This document shows positions 1 through 9,359 of a stretch of 61,143 bases of DNA, one piece after another. The notes beneath the pieces are model-generated. The model was given only the letters and a program-made list of their open reading frames with translations, searched no databases and was not told the DNA's origin. Both the position numbers and the translations under genes were made by a program. Source of the DNA: an uncultured Solibacteraceae bacterium (GTDB lineage Bacteria > Acidobacteriota > Holophagae > Holophagales > Holophagaceae); contig CAYWDR010000001.1 in the NCBI GenBank assembly GCA_964457075.1, forward strand, positions 1 to 61,143. Reading direction: 5' to 3'. The first letter of the stretch is position 1. Every line of letters begins with the position of its first letter.

Positions 1-2
1 GG

Positions 3-1589
3 ATGACCTTCGCCGGCACGGCCGCCGTCTACGCGCCCGTCTCCGGCAAGGCCGACGATCGGCAGAAGCTGCGGAACCTGGAGACCCTCGCGGAGATCAT
101 GGGCATCGTGAACAAGGAGTCGGTGGAGCCGCCCACGCCCAAGCAGCTCACCCACAGCGGAATCCAGGGGATGCTCCACACCCTGGATCCCCACTCCAAC
201 TACATGGACGAATCGGAGTTCCGCTTCCTGCGGGAGGAGCAGAAGGGCTCCTTCTTCGGCATCGGGGCCATCATCCAACAGCAGGAGCAGGGCATCGCCA
301 TCGTCACCCCCATCAAGGGCGGCCCCTCCGAGGCGCTGGGCGTGCGGGCCGGCGACGTAATCAAGGAGATCGACGGCGCCAGCACGGAGGGCATGAGCAG
401 CAACCAGGCCCTTCAGAAGCTGCGGGGCGAGAAGGGCACCATCGTGCGCATCAAGATCCAGCGCATGGGCTTCCCCGAGCTGCTGAACTTCGAGATCCCC
501 CGCAAGGAGATCCCAAGCAACAGCGTGTCCCAGGCCTTCATGTTCACGGGCGACGTGGGCTACATCCATATCAAGGACTTCGGGGAGACCACCTCGGACG
601 AGTTCGAGCGGGCCGTGAACAACCTGAAGCGCCAGGGGATGAAGCAGTTGATCCTCGATCTCCGGGGCAACGGTGGTGGCTTGCTCGACGCGGCCATCGG
701 CATCGGGCGCCAGCTGCTGGGCCCCGACACGCTCATCGTGAGCCAGAAGGGGCGGGACGGCCGGGATGAGATCCAGACGCGCACGCCTAAAGGCGCCATG
801 CTGGATCCCTTCCCCATGGTGGTGCTCGTGAACCGCGCCACGGCCTCCGCCTCCGAGATCGTGGCGGGCGGCGTGCAGGATCACGACCGCGGCCTCATCG
901 TGGGACAGACCTCCTGGGGCAAGGGCCTCGTGCAGAGCGTGCTCACGATCGGCCGCAGCCGGGGCCTCGCCCTCACCACCGCCCGCTACTACACGCCCTC
1001 CGGCCGCTGCATCCAGCGCGACTACACCCACGGCCTCGATGACTACTACAACCCCGAGGACGAGAAGGATGCCAAGGCGCCCAAGCCCAGCCAGGGCCCC
1101 GAGTTCAAGACGGATCTGGGCCGCCCCGTCTTCGGGGGCGGAGGCATCTCGCCGGATGTCACCGTGGATCCCGGGATCTTCACCCCCTACATGGCGAACC
1201 TCCGCTTCCGCCACAGCGCCTTCTTCCGATACGCCGTGCTGGAGAAGGAGAAGTTCGGCGTGAAGCTCGGCCAGCGGGCCGACGAGGCCCTGCTCGAGCG
1301 CTTCCGCCTCTGGCTCACCAACGAGAAGATCGCCTATTCCGAAAAGGAGTGGGCGGATAACCGGGAGGCCATGAAGGATCAGCTCTCCCAGGAGATGCAG
1401 CAGGTGAGCCACGGGCTCGAAGCGGGCGCCAAGCTGCAGCTGGAGCGGGATCCCGTGGCCCAGAAGGCCCTGGAGGTGCTCCCCGAGGCCGCCAAGCTCC
1501 TTCAAAAGAAGCAGCTCACCCTTCAATCGAAGCCCAGCACCGTGGCCCGGTTCGAGTGGGCGGTTCCGGGGGAGTTGATCCTCACCTAG
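3..1589 (+). CDS. S41 family C-terminal processing (tail-specific) peptidase with PDZ domain; 5' end probably outside the window
   Basis: ORF 3..1589. PDZ-like GVRAGDVIKEIDG, then the S41 core LILDLRGNGGG ... NRATASASEI ... TSWGKGLVQ. There is no signal peptide or TM segment after the first Met, so that Met is probably internal. Confidence 0.85.
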   Translation: MTFAGTAAVYAPVSGKADDRQKLRNLETLAEIMGIVNKESVEPPTPKQLTHSGIQGMLHTLDPHSNYMDESEFRFLREEQKGSFFGIGAIIQQQEQGIAIVTPIKGGPSEALGVRAGDVIKEIDGASTEGMSSNQALQKLRGEKGTIVRIKIQRMGFPELLNFEIPRKEIPSNSVSQAFMFTGDVGYIHIKDFGETTSDEFERAVNNLKRQGMKQLILDLRGNGGGLLDAAIGIGRQLLGPDTLIVSQKGRDGRDEIQTRTPKGAMLDPFPMVVLVNRATASASEIVAGGVQDHDRGLIVGQTSWGKGLVQSVLTIGRSRGLALTTARYYTPSGRCIQRDYTHGLDDYYNPEDEKDAKAPKPSQGPEFKTDLGRPVFGGGGISPDVTVDPGIFTPYMANLRFRHSAFFRYAVLEKEKFGVKLGQRADEALLERFRLWLTNEKIAYSEKEWADNREAMKDQLSQEMQQVSHGLEAGAKLQLERDPVAQKALEVLPEAAKLLQKKQLTLQSKPSTVARFEWAVPGELILT

Positions 1590-1600
1590 GGCCTGGCTAT

Positions 1601-1646
1601 CCCCAAAAGCAGGGCCCGCCATAGATGGCGGGCCCTACTTTTGGGG
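1601..1646 (+). terminator. Long GC hairpin after the S41 peptidase gene (putative intrinsic terminator)
   Basis: ccccaaaag-c-agggcccgcca-taga-tggcgggccct-a-cttttgggg. The inner stem is 11 bp and the outer stem 9 bp, with a TTTT run in the descending arm. It lies 12 nt after the stop codon. Confidence 0.55.
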
Positions 1647-1739
1647 GGGCACATAAAAACGGGTTATGAAGCCATAAAAAAATCTTTAAGACGTGGCTGA
1701 CTCCCAGTAATCTGGGGCCTTCACCCCATTGGAGGCCCC

Positions 1740-2885
1740 ATGGATTTCACGCTGCCTGATCACGTCGAGGCCCTTCGCGAGGAGGTGCGCAAGTTCGCCG
1801 AAAAGGAGATCCGCCCCAAGGTGATGGAGTGGGACGAGGCGAAGACCTACCCCATGGCGGTCATGAAGCAGCTGGGCGAGATGGGGATGATGGGGATCAT
1901 CTTCCCCGAGGAGTACGGCGGATCGGGCATGGGGTATCTGGAATACGCCGTCGTCGTGGAGGAGCTCTCCCGGGTGGACGGCAGCGTGGGCATCAGCATC
2001 GCGGCCCACAACAGCCTCTGCGCCAACCACATCTACGCCATGGGCAACGAGGCCCAGCGGCAGAAATACCTCGTGCCCCTGGCCTCTGGGAAGTCCATCG
2101 GCGCCTGGGGGCTCACGGAACCTGGGGCCGGCAGCGACGCGGGCGCCCAGCTCACGACGGCCAAGAAGGAGGGCTCCCACTGGGTGCTCAACGGCACGAA
2201 GAACTTCATCACCCACGGCACCGTGGGCGATATCGCCGTCGTCATGGCCCGCACCCGCCCCGGCCAGGGCACGGATGGCATCAGCGCCTTCATCCTTGAG
2301 AAGGGCATGAACGGCTTCAAGGCCGGCAAGCAGGAGAACAAGCTGGGCCTGCGCGCGTCGGACACCTCGGAGCTGATCATGGAGGACGTGAAGGTGCCCG
2401 GGGAAAACCTCCTGGGCGACGAGGGCGTGGGCTTCCGCCAGGCCATGAAGACGCTGGATGGCGGCCGCATCAGCATCGGCGCGCTGGGCCTGGGCATGGC
2501 GCAAGGCGCCTTCGAGGAAAGCGTGAAATACGCCAAGACCCGCAAGACCTTCGGCCGCCCCATCGCCGAGCACCAGGCCATCGGGTTCAAGCTCGCGGAT
2601 ATGCAGGTGCAGGTGGAGGCCGCGCGGCTCCTCATCTACAAGGCCGCCAACCTCAAGGATCAGGGCAAGTCCTACGGCAAGGCCGCCTCCATGGCCAAGC
2701 TCTACAGCAGCGAGATCGCCTGCCGCGTGGCCGACGAGGCCGTGCAGATCTTCGGCGGTTACGGCTACATCAAGGACTATCCCGTGGAGAAGTACTACCG
2801 GGACGTGAAGCTCTGCACCATCGGCGAGGGCACGAGCGAAGTGCAGCGCATGGTCATCGCCAAGTACCTGATGAAGGAGTTCTAA
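1740..2885 (+). CDS. Acyl-CoA dehydrogenase (short-chain/butyryl-CoA dehydrogenase-like)
   Basis: 381 aa. ACAD hallmarks include GAWGLTEPGAGSD, FITHG, QIFGGYGY and GEGTSEVQRMVIA. The ATG at 1740 follows an AT-rich leader. Confidence 0.92.
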   Translation: MDFTLPDHVEALREEVRKFAEKEIRPKVMEWDEAKTYPMAVMKQLGEMGMMGIIFPEEYGGSGMGYLEYAVVVEELSRVDGSVGISIAAHNSLCANHIYAMGNEAQRQKYLVPLASGKSIGAWGLTEPGAGSDAGAQLTTAKKEGSHWVLNGTKNFITHGTVGDIAVVMARTRPGQGTDGISAFILEKGMNGFKAGKQENKLGLRASDTSELIMEDVKVPGENLLGDEGVGFRQAMKTLDGGRISIGALGLGMAQGAFEESVKYAKTRKTFGRPIAEHQAIGFKLADMQVQVEAARLLIYKAANLKDQGKSYGKAASMAKLYSSEIACRVADEAVQIFGGYGYIKDYPVEKYYRDVKLCTIGEGTSEVQRMVIAKYLMKEF

Positions 2886-2905
2886 GGGTCGAGGGTCGAG
2901 ACCTT

Positions 2906-2934
2906 CAGAAGGGCCGGCTTCGCCGGTCCTTCTG
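2906..2934 (+). terminator. Hairpin downstream of the acyl-CoA dehydrogenase gene
   Basis: cagaagggccgg-cttcg-ccggtccttctg. The stem is 12 bp with one G-U pair. There is no clear U-tract, so the call is weak. Confidence 0.35.
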
Positions 2935-2947
2935 CGTAGGATGAGGG

Positions 2948-3487
2948 ATGCCGCTCCCGGAGCTCACCACGCCACGTCTCAGCCTGCGGGCCCTGGAACC
3001 CGGGGATTTGGAGCCCTTTTTCCGGGCCTATAGCCAACGCGAGGCCATGCGCTACTGGAGCAGTCCGCCCCTGGCGGATCTGGAGGCGGCGAGGGAGTAC
3101 CTCGCCGGGGCCATCGAGCGGATGCAGACGTGGTCGATCCTCCAGAGGGAGGATGGGGCCTGGCTGGGCACGGCCGCGTTGCACGGGTTGGATCTGCCGA
3201 ATCAGCGGGCGGAAGTGGGTTTCCTCTTGGACCCCGCCCATTGGGGGCGGGGCTACGGCCGGGAGGCGGTGGGGGCCGTGCTGCGCCATGGCTTCGAAGG
3301 GATGGGGCTGCATCGGATCGAGGCGGACGTGGATCCCCGGAACGAGGCCTCCCTCCGGGTGCTGGAGGCCGCCGGGTTCACGCGGGAGGGCTACTTGAAG
3401 GAGCGCTGGCACGTGGGGGGCGAGCGGCAGGACAGTCTGCTCCTCGGCCTGCTGGCTCCGGAGTGGCGGGCGAGGCCCTCGCGCTGA
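2948..3487 (+). CDS. GNAT family N-acetyltransferase (RimJ/RimL-like)
   Basis: 179 aa. TPRLSLRALEPGD at the N-terminus and GRGYGREAV ... HRIEADVDPRNEASLRVLEAAGF match the Acetyltransf_3 pattern. Confidence 0.85.
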   Translation: MPLPELTTPRLSLRALEPGDLEPFFRAYSQREAMRYWSSPPLADLEAAREYLAGAIERMQTWSILQREDGAWLGTAALHGLDLPNQRAEVGFLLDPAHWGRGYGREAVGAVLRHGFEGMGLHRIEADVDPRNEASLRVLEAAGFTREGYLKERWHVGGERQDSLLLGLLAPEWRARPSR

Positions 3488-3494
3488 TGCCCCA

Positions 3495-4024
3495 TCAGGG
3501 GAAGGTGGTGACCGCCCCATCCGGCGAGATGCGACGCACGCGAACGGTCCAGGGCTGGGCCCATTCCAGGATCCACAGCGACCCATCCGGGGCCATGAGG
3601 CCTCCCGTGGGCGACCATGGGAACTTGGATCGGGCTACCTCGCCGCCCGGGCTGATGCGCTTCAGATCGGATCCATCCACGAGGAAGAGGGTTCCCGCCG
3701 CCGTGGCGGTCATCCAGCGGACGTCCGCGAAGGGAGCCCGGGCGTGATCATGCAGGGTTCCATCCGGGAGGCGCTTCCGGATCACCGTCGAGGGGCCCCG
3801 CTCGGCCCAGTAATGGGTGCCGCTGGCATCCCGCACGAAGCTGTAGCCCTGGAGAAACCCCTCCCGCGCAGGTATCACGTCCTCCACCTGGCCAGAGGGC
3901 GAGAGGCGCACACCTGCTTGAGATCCGTGTAGTACACGCGGCCCTGGGCGTCCATCACGATTCCCACGCCCGGATGGGCCTCCATGGCGAGGACGAGCAG
4001 GAAGATCCAGAGGAGCCGGCGCAT
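3495..4024 (-). pseudogene. Frameshifted gene for a secreted beta-propeller-repeat (NHL/SGL-like) protein
   Basis: A signal-peptide ORF (MRRLLWIFLLVLAMEAHPG...VYYTDLKQV) starts at 4024. The reading frame changes between 3909 and 3908. The continuation (RLSPSGQVEDV ... GSLWILEW ... RISPDGAVTTFP) runs to 3495 in another frame. Confidence 0.55.
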
Positions 4025-4136
4025 CGGTATCCAAGGGTAGGGGCGGGGAAGGGGCCGCCAAGGCGGAAAAGCGTGAGGCGCGCCCTTGCCCGTGGGAGCG
4101 CCTGCGAGTGCAATGAAGGGTTCCCCAGGAGCCTCC

Positions 4137-6170
4137 ATGCGCCTCACCCATCTGCTCACGGCCGCGTCCCTGGCCCTTCCCCTCGCGGCTCAGACGCCGC
4201 AAGGGGTCTCTCCCTTCCAGATCGAGGACATGTTCAAGGTGCAGCGGGTGGCCGACGCCACCGTGAGCGCCAAGGGGGACGTGGCCTGGCAGGCGGGCCT
4301 CGTGGATCTCGCCGCGAACAAGGTGGTGAACCGCCTCTGGATCCGGTGGGCCAACAAGAACAACGGCATCACGGGCAACGGATTCATCCTGGAGACGGGG
4401 GAGGGCAGCGCGTCCCGCCCCCGCTTCAGCCCCGACGGCTCGAAGGTGGCCTACGTCCAGGGCGGGCAGCTCTGGGTGCTGGATCTCGCCACGGAGGCCC
4501 GCAAGCAGATCACCAAGTCGAGCGCCGGCGCCGGGGGTCACCTGTGGAGCCCCGACGGCAAGTGGATCGCCTTCCTCGGCACGACGGTGCCCAGTGGCGT
4601 GGAGGCGGAGAACGAGGCCTACCAGAAGGCGAAGGCGGCCTCCAAGGTGAAGGCCGTCCTCATCAAGAGCCTCATGTTCCGGCACTGGAGCGAGTGGCGG
4701 GATCCCATGCAGGTGAGCCACCTCTTCATCGTGAAGGCCGACGGCAGCGAAGCGCCGAAGGATCTCACGGCCGGATGGAAGCACGACGTGCCGGACTTCG
4801 GCGATACGGCCGCGGGGGACCCCTTCACCTGGGCCCCGGATGGTTCCGCCCTCGTCTTCGGCTCCCACGAGGAGGCCGCCAAGGGGGATAGCACCAACGG
4901 CGACCTCTACGAGGTGAAGGTGGCGGCCCCGGGCCAGATCCGGAAGCTCACCCCCAACCTCGCCATGGACAACACCCCGCGCATCAGCCCGGACGGTAAG
5001 CACCTCGCCTATCGCGCCCAGCAGCGGGCCGGTTTCGAATCCGACCGCTGGGAACTGCGCGTCATGGAGCGCGCCACGGGGAAGATCGTCGCCACCACGG
5101 ACAAGGTGGACCTCTCCTTCGATGATCTCCAGTGGCAGGGCGGCGATCTGTTGACCCTGGCCGCGGAAAAGGGGCGGCACCCCCTCTACCGATGGACGCC
5201 CGGCAAGGCGCCCGTGAACGTCACCCCCGGGGGGCACCTATCGAGCTTCGCCGTGGCGGGATCCACGGTGGTCGGCGTGGAGGCCCGCTTCTCCAAGCCG
5301 CCCGAGGTGGTACGCGTGCACCTGGCCGACGGCAAGATCGAAACCCTCACGCGGCTCAACGCGGGCCTCGCCTCCCAGCTCAGCCGCACCGAGGAGTTCT
5401 GGTTCGACGGGGCCCTGGGCGCCAAGGTGCATGCCTTCAGCTTCAAGCCCGCCCACTTCGACCCCATGAAGAAATACCCCGTGGCCTTCCTCATCCATGG
5501 CGGCCCCCAGACCCCCTGGACGGACGGTTGGAGCACCCGCTGGAATCCCCAGGTGTGGGCGGGCCGCGGCTACCACGTGGTGATGATCAACCCCCACGGT
5601 TCCGGCAGCTATGGCCAGGCTTTCTGCGATCAAATCAGCGGCGATTGGTCGGGCGCCGTGATGTCGGACCTCATGAAGGGCCTCGACGCCTTCCTCAATG
5701 CCAACCCCAGCGCGGACGGCACGAAGGTGATCGCCGCGGGCGGCAGCTACGGCGGCTACGCCACCAACTGGCTGGCGGGCCACGCGCCGGAGCGCTTCGC
5801 CGCCTTCGTCACCCACGCCGGCATCTACAACCTGGAGAGCATGCAGGTCGGCACGGAAGAGATGTGGTTCCCCAAGTGGGAGTTCAAGGGCTGGCCCTGG
5901 GAGAGCGCGGAAACGCTGGCCCTCTGGCGCAAGCACAGCCCCCACCTGGGAGTCCAGGACTTCAAGAAGCCCATGCTCGTCGTCCATGGGGAGCTGGATT
6001 TCCGCGTTCCCTACGGCGAAGGCGTGCAGCTCTTCAACACGCTCCAGCTGCGCGGCATCCCCAGCGAGTTCCTCTCCTACCCCGACGAGGGCCACTGGAT
6101 CCTCAAGCCCCAGAACTCCAGGCTCTGGCACGAGACGGTGCTGGGGTGGGCGGATCGCTGGGCGAAGTAG
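4137..6170 (+). CDS. S9 family serine peptidase (prolyl oligopeptidase/acylaminoacyl-peptidase-like) with N-terminal beta-propeller, secreted
   Basis: ATG 4137 is preceded by AGGAG. Signal peptide MRLTHLLTAASLALPLAAQ. Repeated SPDG propeller motifs. Nucleophile elbow GGSYGGY, then HGELDFRVP and DEGHW. Confidence 0.9.
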   Translation: MRLTHLLTAASLALPLAAQTPQGVSPFQIEDMFKVQRVADATVSAKGDVAWQAGLVDLAANKVVNRLWIRWANKNNGITGNGFILETGEGSASRPRFSPDGSKVAYVQGGQLWVLDLATEARKQITKSSAGAGGHLWSPDGKWIAFLGTTVPSGVEAENEAYQKAKAASKVKAVLIKSLMFRHWSEWRDPMQVSHLFIVKADGSEAPKDLTAGWKHDVPDFGDTAAGDPFTWAPDGSALVFGSHEEAAKGDSTNGDLYEVKVAAPGQIRKLTPNLAMDNTPRISPDGKHLAYRAQQRAGFESDRWELRVMERATGKIVATTDKVDLSFDDLQWQGGDLLTLAAEKGRHPLYRWTPGKAPVNVTPGGHLSSFAVAGSTVVGVEARFSKPPEVVRVHLADGKIETLTRLNAGLASQLSRTEEFWFDGALGAKVHAFSFKPAHFDPMKKYPVAFLIHGGPQTPWTDGWSTRWNPQVWAGRGYHVVMINPHGSGSYGQAFCDQISGDWSGAVMSDLMKGLDAFLNANPSADGTKVIAAGGSYGGYATNWLAGHAPERFAAFVTHAGIYNLESMQVGTEEMWFPKWEFKGWPWESAETLALWRKHSPHLGVQDFKKPMLVVHGELDFRVPYGEGVQLFNTLQLRGIPSEFLSYPDEGHWILKPQNSRLWHETVLGWADRWAK

Positions 6171-6182
6171 GCGTCAGAGGCG

Positions 6183-8381
6183 TCAAAACGACATCCGCAC
6201 GATGAGGCTGAGGGCTCGTCCCGGCTGTTCCAGCCGGGACGAGTAAGTGCCCTGGCTGCCCCCGCCGTAGTGGAGCCCGCTGGCGTCGAAGGTGCCTGGG
6301 GTGGCCCCGGCGTCGGCGGCGCGGACGCCGGGGTGGGCGTAGGCGCGGTCCAGGGCATTGTCCACGCGGGCCTGGAGGGTGAAGGCCCGCCACCGCCGGG
6401 AGAGGGCGATATCCAGGGTGGCGTAGCCTCCGAGGCGCCGGATGGGATTCGTGGGCACCGTCTCCCGGGGGCCCATGTAGCGGGCCCGCAGGGTGCCCTC
6501 CCAGGGGCCGCCCTCCGAACCGAGGCCCAGCCAGAGCTTCGTATGGGCAGCGTCGCCCACGGGCCCTTCGCCGGATGGGAGGAGGTCCGGCGCCACATAG
6601 GTGAAGCGGTCCGCCCGGTCCTGGAGGATGCGGCTGGCGTAGATCCACAGGCGCCAGGGGGCGCCCAGCCCCGTGAACAGGGTCTGGCCGTAGAGATCCA
6701 CCCCGGCCTGGCGCCGGCGGCCCACGTTGGCGGCCCCGGGGCCGCTTTCGCTGCCGGGGCTCCGGCTGGCGATGACGTCGCGATCCTCCGTGCGCCATAG
6801 GCTGCCACTGAGGGCGAGGCGGGCCGTCGTCCAAGCGGCGCTGAGTTCGAGGGTCCGGCTGCGCTCGGGCTTGAGGTTGGGGTCGGAACCGCTGCCCTGC
6901 CATCCGCCATAAAGCGAGCGGGGCGTGGGTTCCTGCACGGCCTCGCCGTAGAGGGCCTTGAGGGTCCAATCCCCCAGGTTGCCCACGTAGCCCAACCGGA
7001 GGGTGTTGTCCGTCCCGAAGGCGCTGTGGTGATCGCTGCGGAGGCCCAGGTGCAGCGCCTGGCCGAGGCCGATGTCGAGGCGGGCGAGGCCGTAGAGCCC
7101 CTGCTGCGTCGTTTGGATGCGGTTGCCCGGGACGAGGGAATCCTGGGGCACGGCGGGGAAGGGGTAGAGGGCGAGGCTCGGGAGGTCGGAGACGTAGGCG
7201 TCGGGGCCATAGGGGTTGTCGTAGGCCTTTTGGAGATCCTTGCGTTCGAAGGAAAGGCCGAAGGCGAGGGCGAGGCCCGGGGCGGCCTGCCAATCCAGAT
7301 CCTGCTGCAGGAGGTCGCTGCTGGAGCGCTCCTGCCAATAGCTGAAATCCACCCGCCTTTCCCCGGCCCGGGGGCCCGAGGCCTGCGTGAAGCCGTATAC
7401 GAAGTAGCTATCGTTGCGCACGCCGCTTTCGCGGCGCCGCAGGAGCGTGCTGCCGCTGAGGTCGGGCCCGAAGCTGTGCTGCAGGCGCAGCCAGGCCATG
7501 GATTCCGGCCGGGCCCAGACGGCGTGGTTTTGGGCCACGTCGGCGGGGTACTCGTTGCCATAGCCCGTCTCCAGGGTCTGCTGCTGCCAGCCCAGTTCCA
7601 CCTGCCCCAGGAAGGCCCTCAGATCAAAGGCGGTCGTTCGCCAGGGGCTATCGTGGCGGCCGCCGAAGGCGGGGTTGTCCACGAAGGCGCCCCAGAGGCG
7701 GCGGTCGGCGTAGTAGGCCTCCTTGGTCAGCTCGTAGCGGTTGGCGGAGGCGGGATCCAGGCGGCCCAGCTCGGAACGGGCCGTGAAGGAGAAGCGGATC
7801 TCCCCCGCCTTGTAAAAGGCGTGGAGGTCGGCCACCTTGCGATCCCAGCGCCCCGCCGCCAGGGTGGCCCGGCCGCTCACGCCTTCGTGCTCGGAGTTGC
7901 GGACGGTGATGACGTGGACGACGCCCCGGAGGGCATTGGCGCCATAGAGGGCGGAGGCGGGCCCGTAGACCACCTCGATGCGATCGACGTTGCTCAGGGG
8001 GAGGGCCGCCAGGGGGCCGTCCACGGAGTTGAAGTAGAGGTGGTTCACGACGAGCCCATCCAGCAGCAGGAGGAAGGGGTCGCTGATGTTGCCCCGGTGG
8101 CCGCGCCAGTAGGTCCGGACGAAGTTGTCGCCGTAGGCCCGTACCACGTCCATGCCCGGGAGATCATCCAGGACTTCGCTGAGCTGGAGGTAGCCCCTGC
8201 GCTCCAGTTCCGCCCGCTGGAAGACGATCACCGTGGCGGGGGCGGAGCCGAGGGCCTCTTCCGTGCGGGAGGCCGTGATCACCTTCGTGGCGAGGAGGGC
8301 CTTCAAATCCGGCAGGCCCTCCTGGGCGGAGCAGGGGAGGACGGATAGGAGGAGTCCCAACGAGGGGCCGCGGCGCGCCAT
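6183..8381 (-). CDS. TonB-dependent outer-membrane receptor
   Basis: 732 aa. It has a signal peptide, a plug domain (ATVIVFQRAELERRGYLQLSEVLDDLPGMDV ... NVDRIEVVYGPASALYG), a long beta-barrel and a terminal aromatic residue (...RMSF). Confidence 0.9.
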   Translation of the reverse strand: MARRGPSLGLLLSVLPCSAQEGLPDLKALLATKVITASRTEEALGSAPATVIVFQRAELERRGYLQLSEVLDDLPGMDVVRAYGDNFVRTYWRGHRGNISDPFLLLLDGLVVNHLYFNSVDGPLAALPLSNVDRIEVVYGPASALYGANALRGVVHVITVRNSEHEGVSGRATLAAGRWDRKVADLHAFYKAGEIRFSFTARSELGRLDPASANRYELTKEAYYADRRLWGAFVDNPAFGGRHDSPWRTTAFDLRAFLGQVELGWQQQTLETGYGNEYPADVAQNHAVWARPESMAWLRLQHSFGPDLSGSTLLRRRESGVRNDSYFVYGFTQASGPRAGERRVDFSYWQERSSSDLLQQDLDWQAAPGLALAFGLSFERKDLQKAYDNPYGPDAYVSDLPSLALYPFPAVPQDSLVPGNRIQTTQQGLYGLARLDIGLGQALHLGLRSDHHSAFGTDNTLRLGYVGNLGDWTLKALYGEAVQEPTPRSLYGGWQGSGSDPNLKPERSRTLELSAAWTTARLALSGSLWRTEDRDVIASRSPGSESGPGAANVGRRRQAGVDLYGQTLFTGLGAPWRLWIYASRILQDRADRFTYVAPDLLPSGEGPVGDAAHTKLWLGLGSEGGPWEGTLRARYMGPRETVPTNPIRRLGGYATLDIALSRRWRAFTLQARVDNALDRAYAHPGVRAADAGATPGTFDASGLHYGGGSQGTYSSRLEQPGRALSLIVRMSF

Positions 8382-8417
8382 GCCGCTTCATCGTCCCCCT
8401 TGGGATCCGGGCTGAAA

Positions 8418-8885
8418 TCAGGCCTTGGGAATCCCGCCGGGGGAGGCCCCCTCCAGGGCCCTCCAGGGCTCCAGGACGAAGGGGCGGGCGAGGGCCCGGG
8501 GATGGGGCAGGGTGAGGGTCAATTCCGGGCCCAGGTGGGACGCGAGATCCGCGGGGGTGGCCCAGATCCAGCTGCCCTGCACGCCCCCCAGGGTGATGAG
8601 GTCCAGATCGAGGGTGCGGGGCGCGTTGCGCCCTTCGGCCCGCTCCCTCCCCTGGGCCAGCTCCAAGCGCAGAAGGGCCTCCAGGATGTGGCGGGGATCC
8701 CGATGCGTCGTGCGGACGAGGGCCACGGTGTTGAGGTAGGCGGGCCCGAGGCCGGATTCGTCGGGCGTCTCCATCACGAGCGGTGAAGGGGTCACGGCGC
8801 CGAGGGTGGAAAGGGCGGCCAGGCCCGCGTCCAAGTGGGCCTGCCGGTCGCCAAGGTTCGAGCCCAGGGCAATGATCGCGAGCAT
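8418..8885 (-). CDS. folK: 2-amino-4-hydroxy-6-hydroxymethyldihydropteridine pyrophosphokinase (HPPK)
   Basis: MLAIIALGSNLGDR ... LDLDLI ... LPHP motifs. I prefer the ATG at 8885; the alternative is the GTG at 8906 given in the ORF track. Confidence 0.85.
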   Translation of the reverse strand: MLAIIALGSNLGDRQAHLDAGLAALSTLGAVTPSPLVMETPDESGLGPAYLNTVALVRTTHRDPRHILEALLRLELAQGRERAEGRNAPRTLDLDLITLGGVQGSWIWATPADLASHLGPELTLTLPHPRALARPFVLEPWRALEGASPGGIPKA

Positions 8886-8902
8886 GGGGTCCTCGTGGCG
8901 GA

Positions 8903-9319
8903 TCACTTCTTCTTTCCATGCTCCGCGATGATCACGGTGCGGATGCCCCCGCGGATGAGGAAGTCGCCTTCGACGCGCATCCAGAAGGGATTCGTCGCCT
9001 TCACGAGATCATCGAGGATCTGATTGGTGACGGCCTCGTGGAAGGCGCCCTTGTCGCGGAAGCTCCAGAAATAGAGTTTGAGGGACTTCGACTCCACGCA
9101 GAGCTGATCGGGCTGGTAGCGGACGGTGATGTGCGCGAAATCCGGCTGGCCCGTGAGGGGGCAGAGGCAGGTGAACTCCTCCGTATCGAAGACGATTTCA
9201 AAAGGGCGCCCCGGGCGGGGGCTGCGGAAGGTGTCCAGCTCGCCCGTGGGGCGTGTGACGACGTACTTCGGCAGCACTTCACCGAGGGTGGGCTTGGCGG
9301 CGGGCTTCTTGACAGGCAT
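8903..9319 (-). CDS. queF: NADPH-dependent 7-cyano-7-deazaguanine (preQ0) reductase, unimodular type
   Basis: 138 aa. EFTCLCPLTGQPDFAHITVRY and ESKSLKLYFWSFRDKGAFHE are QueF signatures. AGGAG lies upstream of the ATG. Confidence 0.9.
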   Translation of the reverse strand: MPVKKPAAKPTLGEVLPKYVVTRPTGELDTFRSPRPGRPFEIVFDTEEFTCLCPLTGQPDFAHITVRYQPDQLCVESKSLKLYFWSFRDKGAFHEAVTNQILDDLVKATNPFWMRVEGDFLIRGGIRTVIIAEHGKKK

Positions 9320-9359
9320 GGGGGACTCCTAAAAGCTGTGGCTTCTGTGGTCTCTCGGG

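Noticed and set aside
3495-5237. 580-aa minus-strand ORF overlapping the S9 peptidase gene
   Set aside because: Only the last ~140 codons (3495-~3910) read like protein, and they belong to the frameshifted propeller gene. The rest is Gly/Arg/Pro/Ala-rich antisense of a well-supported plus-strand gene, which is typical of high-GC DNA.
6077-7561. 494-aa and 411-aa ORFs in other frames of the same strand as the TonB-dependent receptor, plus the 440-aa antisense ORF at 7026-8348
   Set aside because: They are Pro/Arg/Ser/Ala low-complexity translations with no motifs. The receptor frame has plug and barrel signatures throughout.
9320-9359. preQ1 riboswitch in front of queF, or upstream of queC
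   Set aside because: The 40-nt queC-queF spacer and the queC 5' region (which overlaps the DUF374 gene) show no preQ1-I/II-like hairpin with an A-rich tail. Only an AGGAG RBS is evident.
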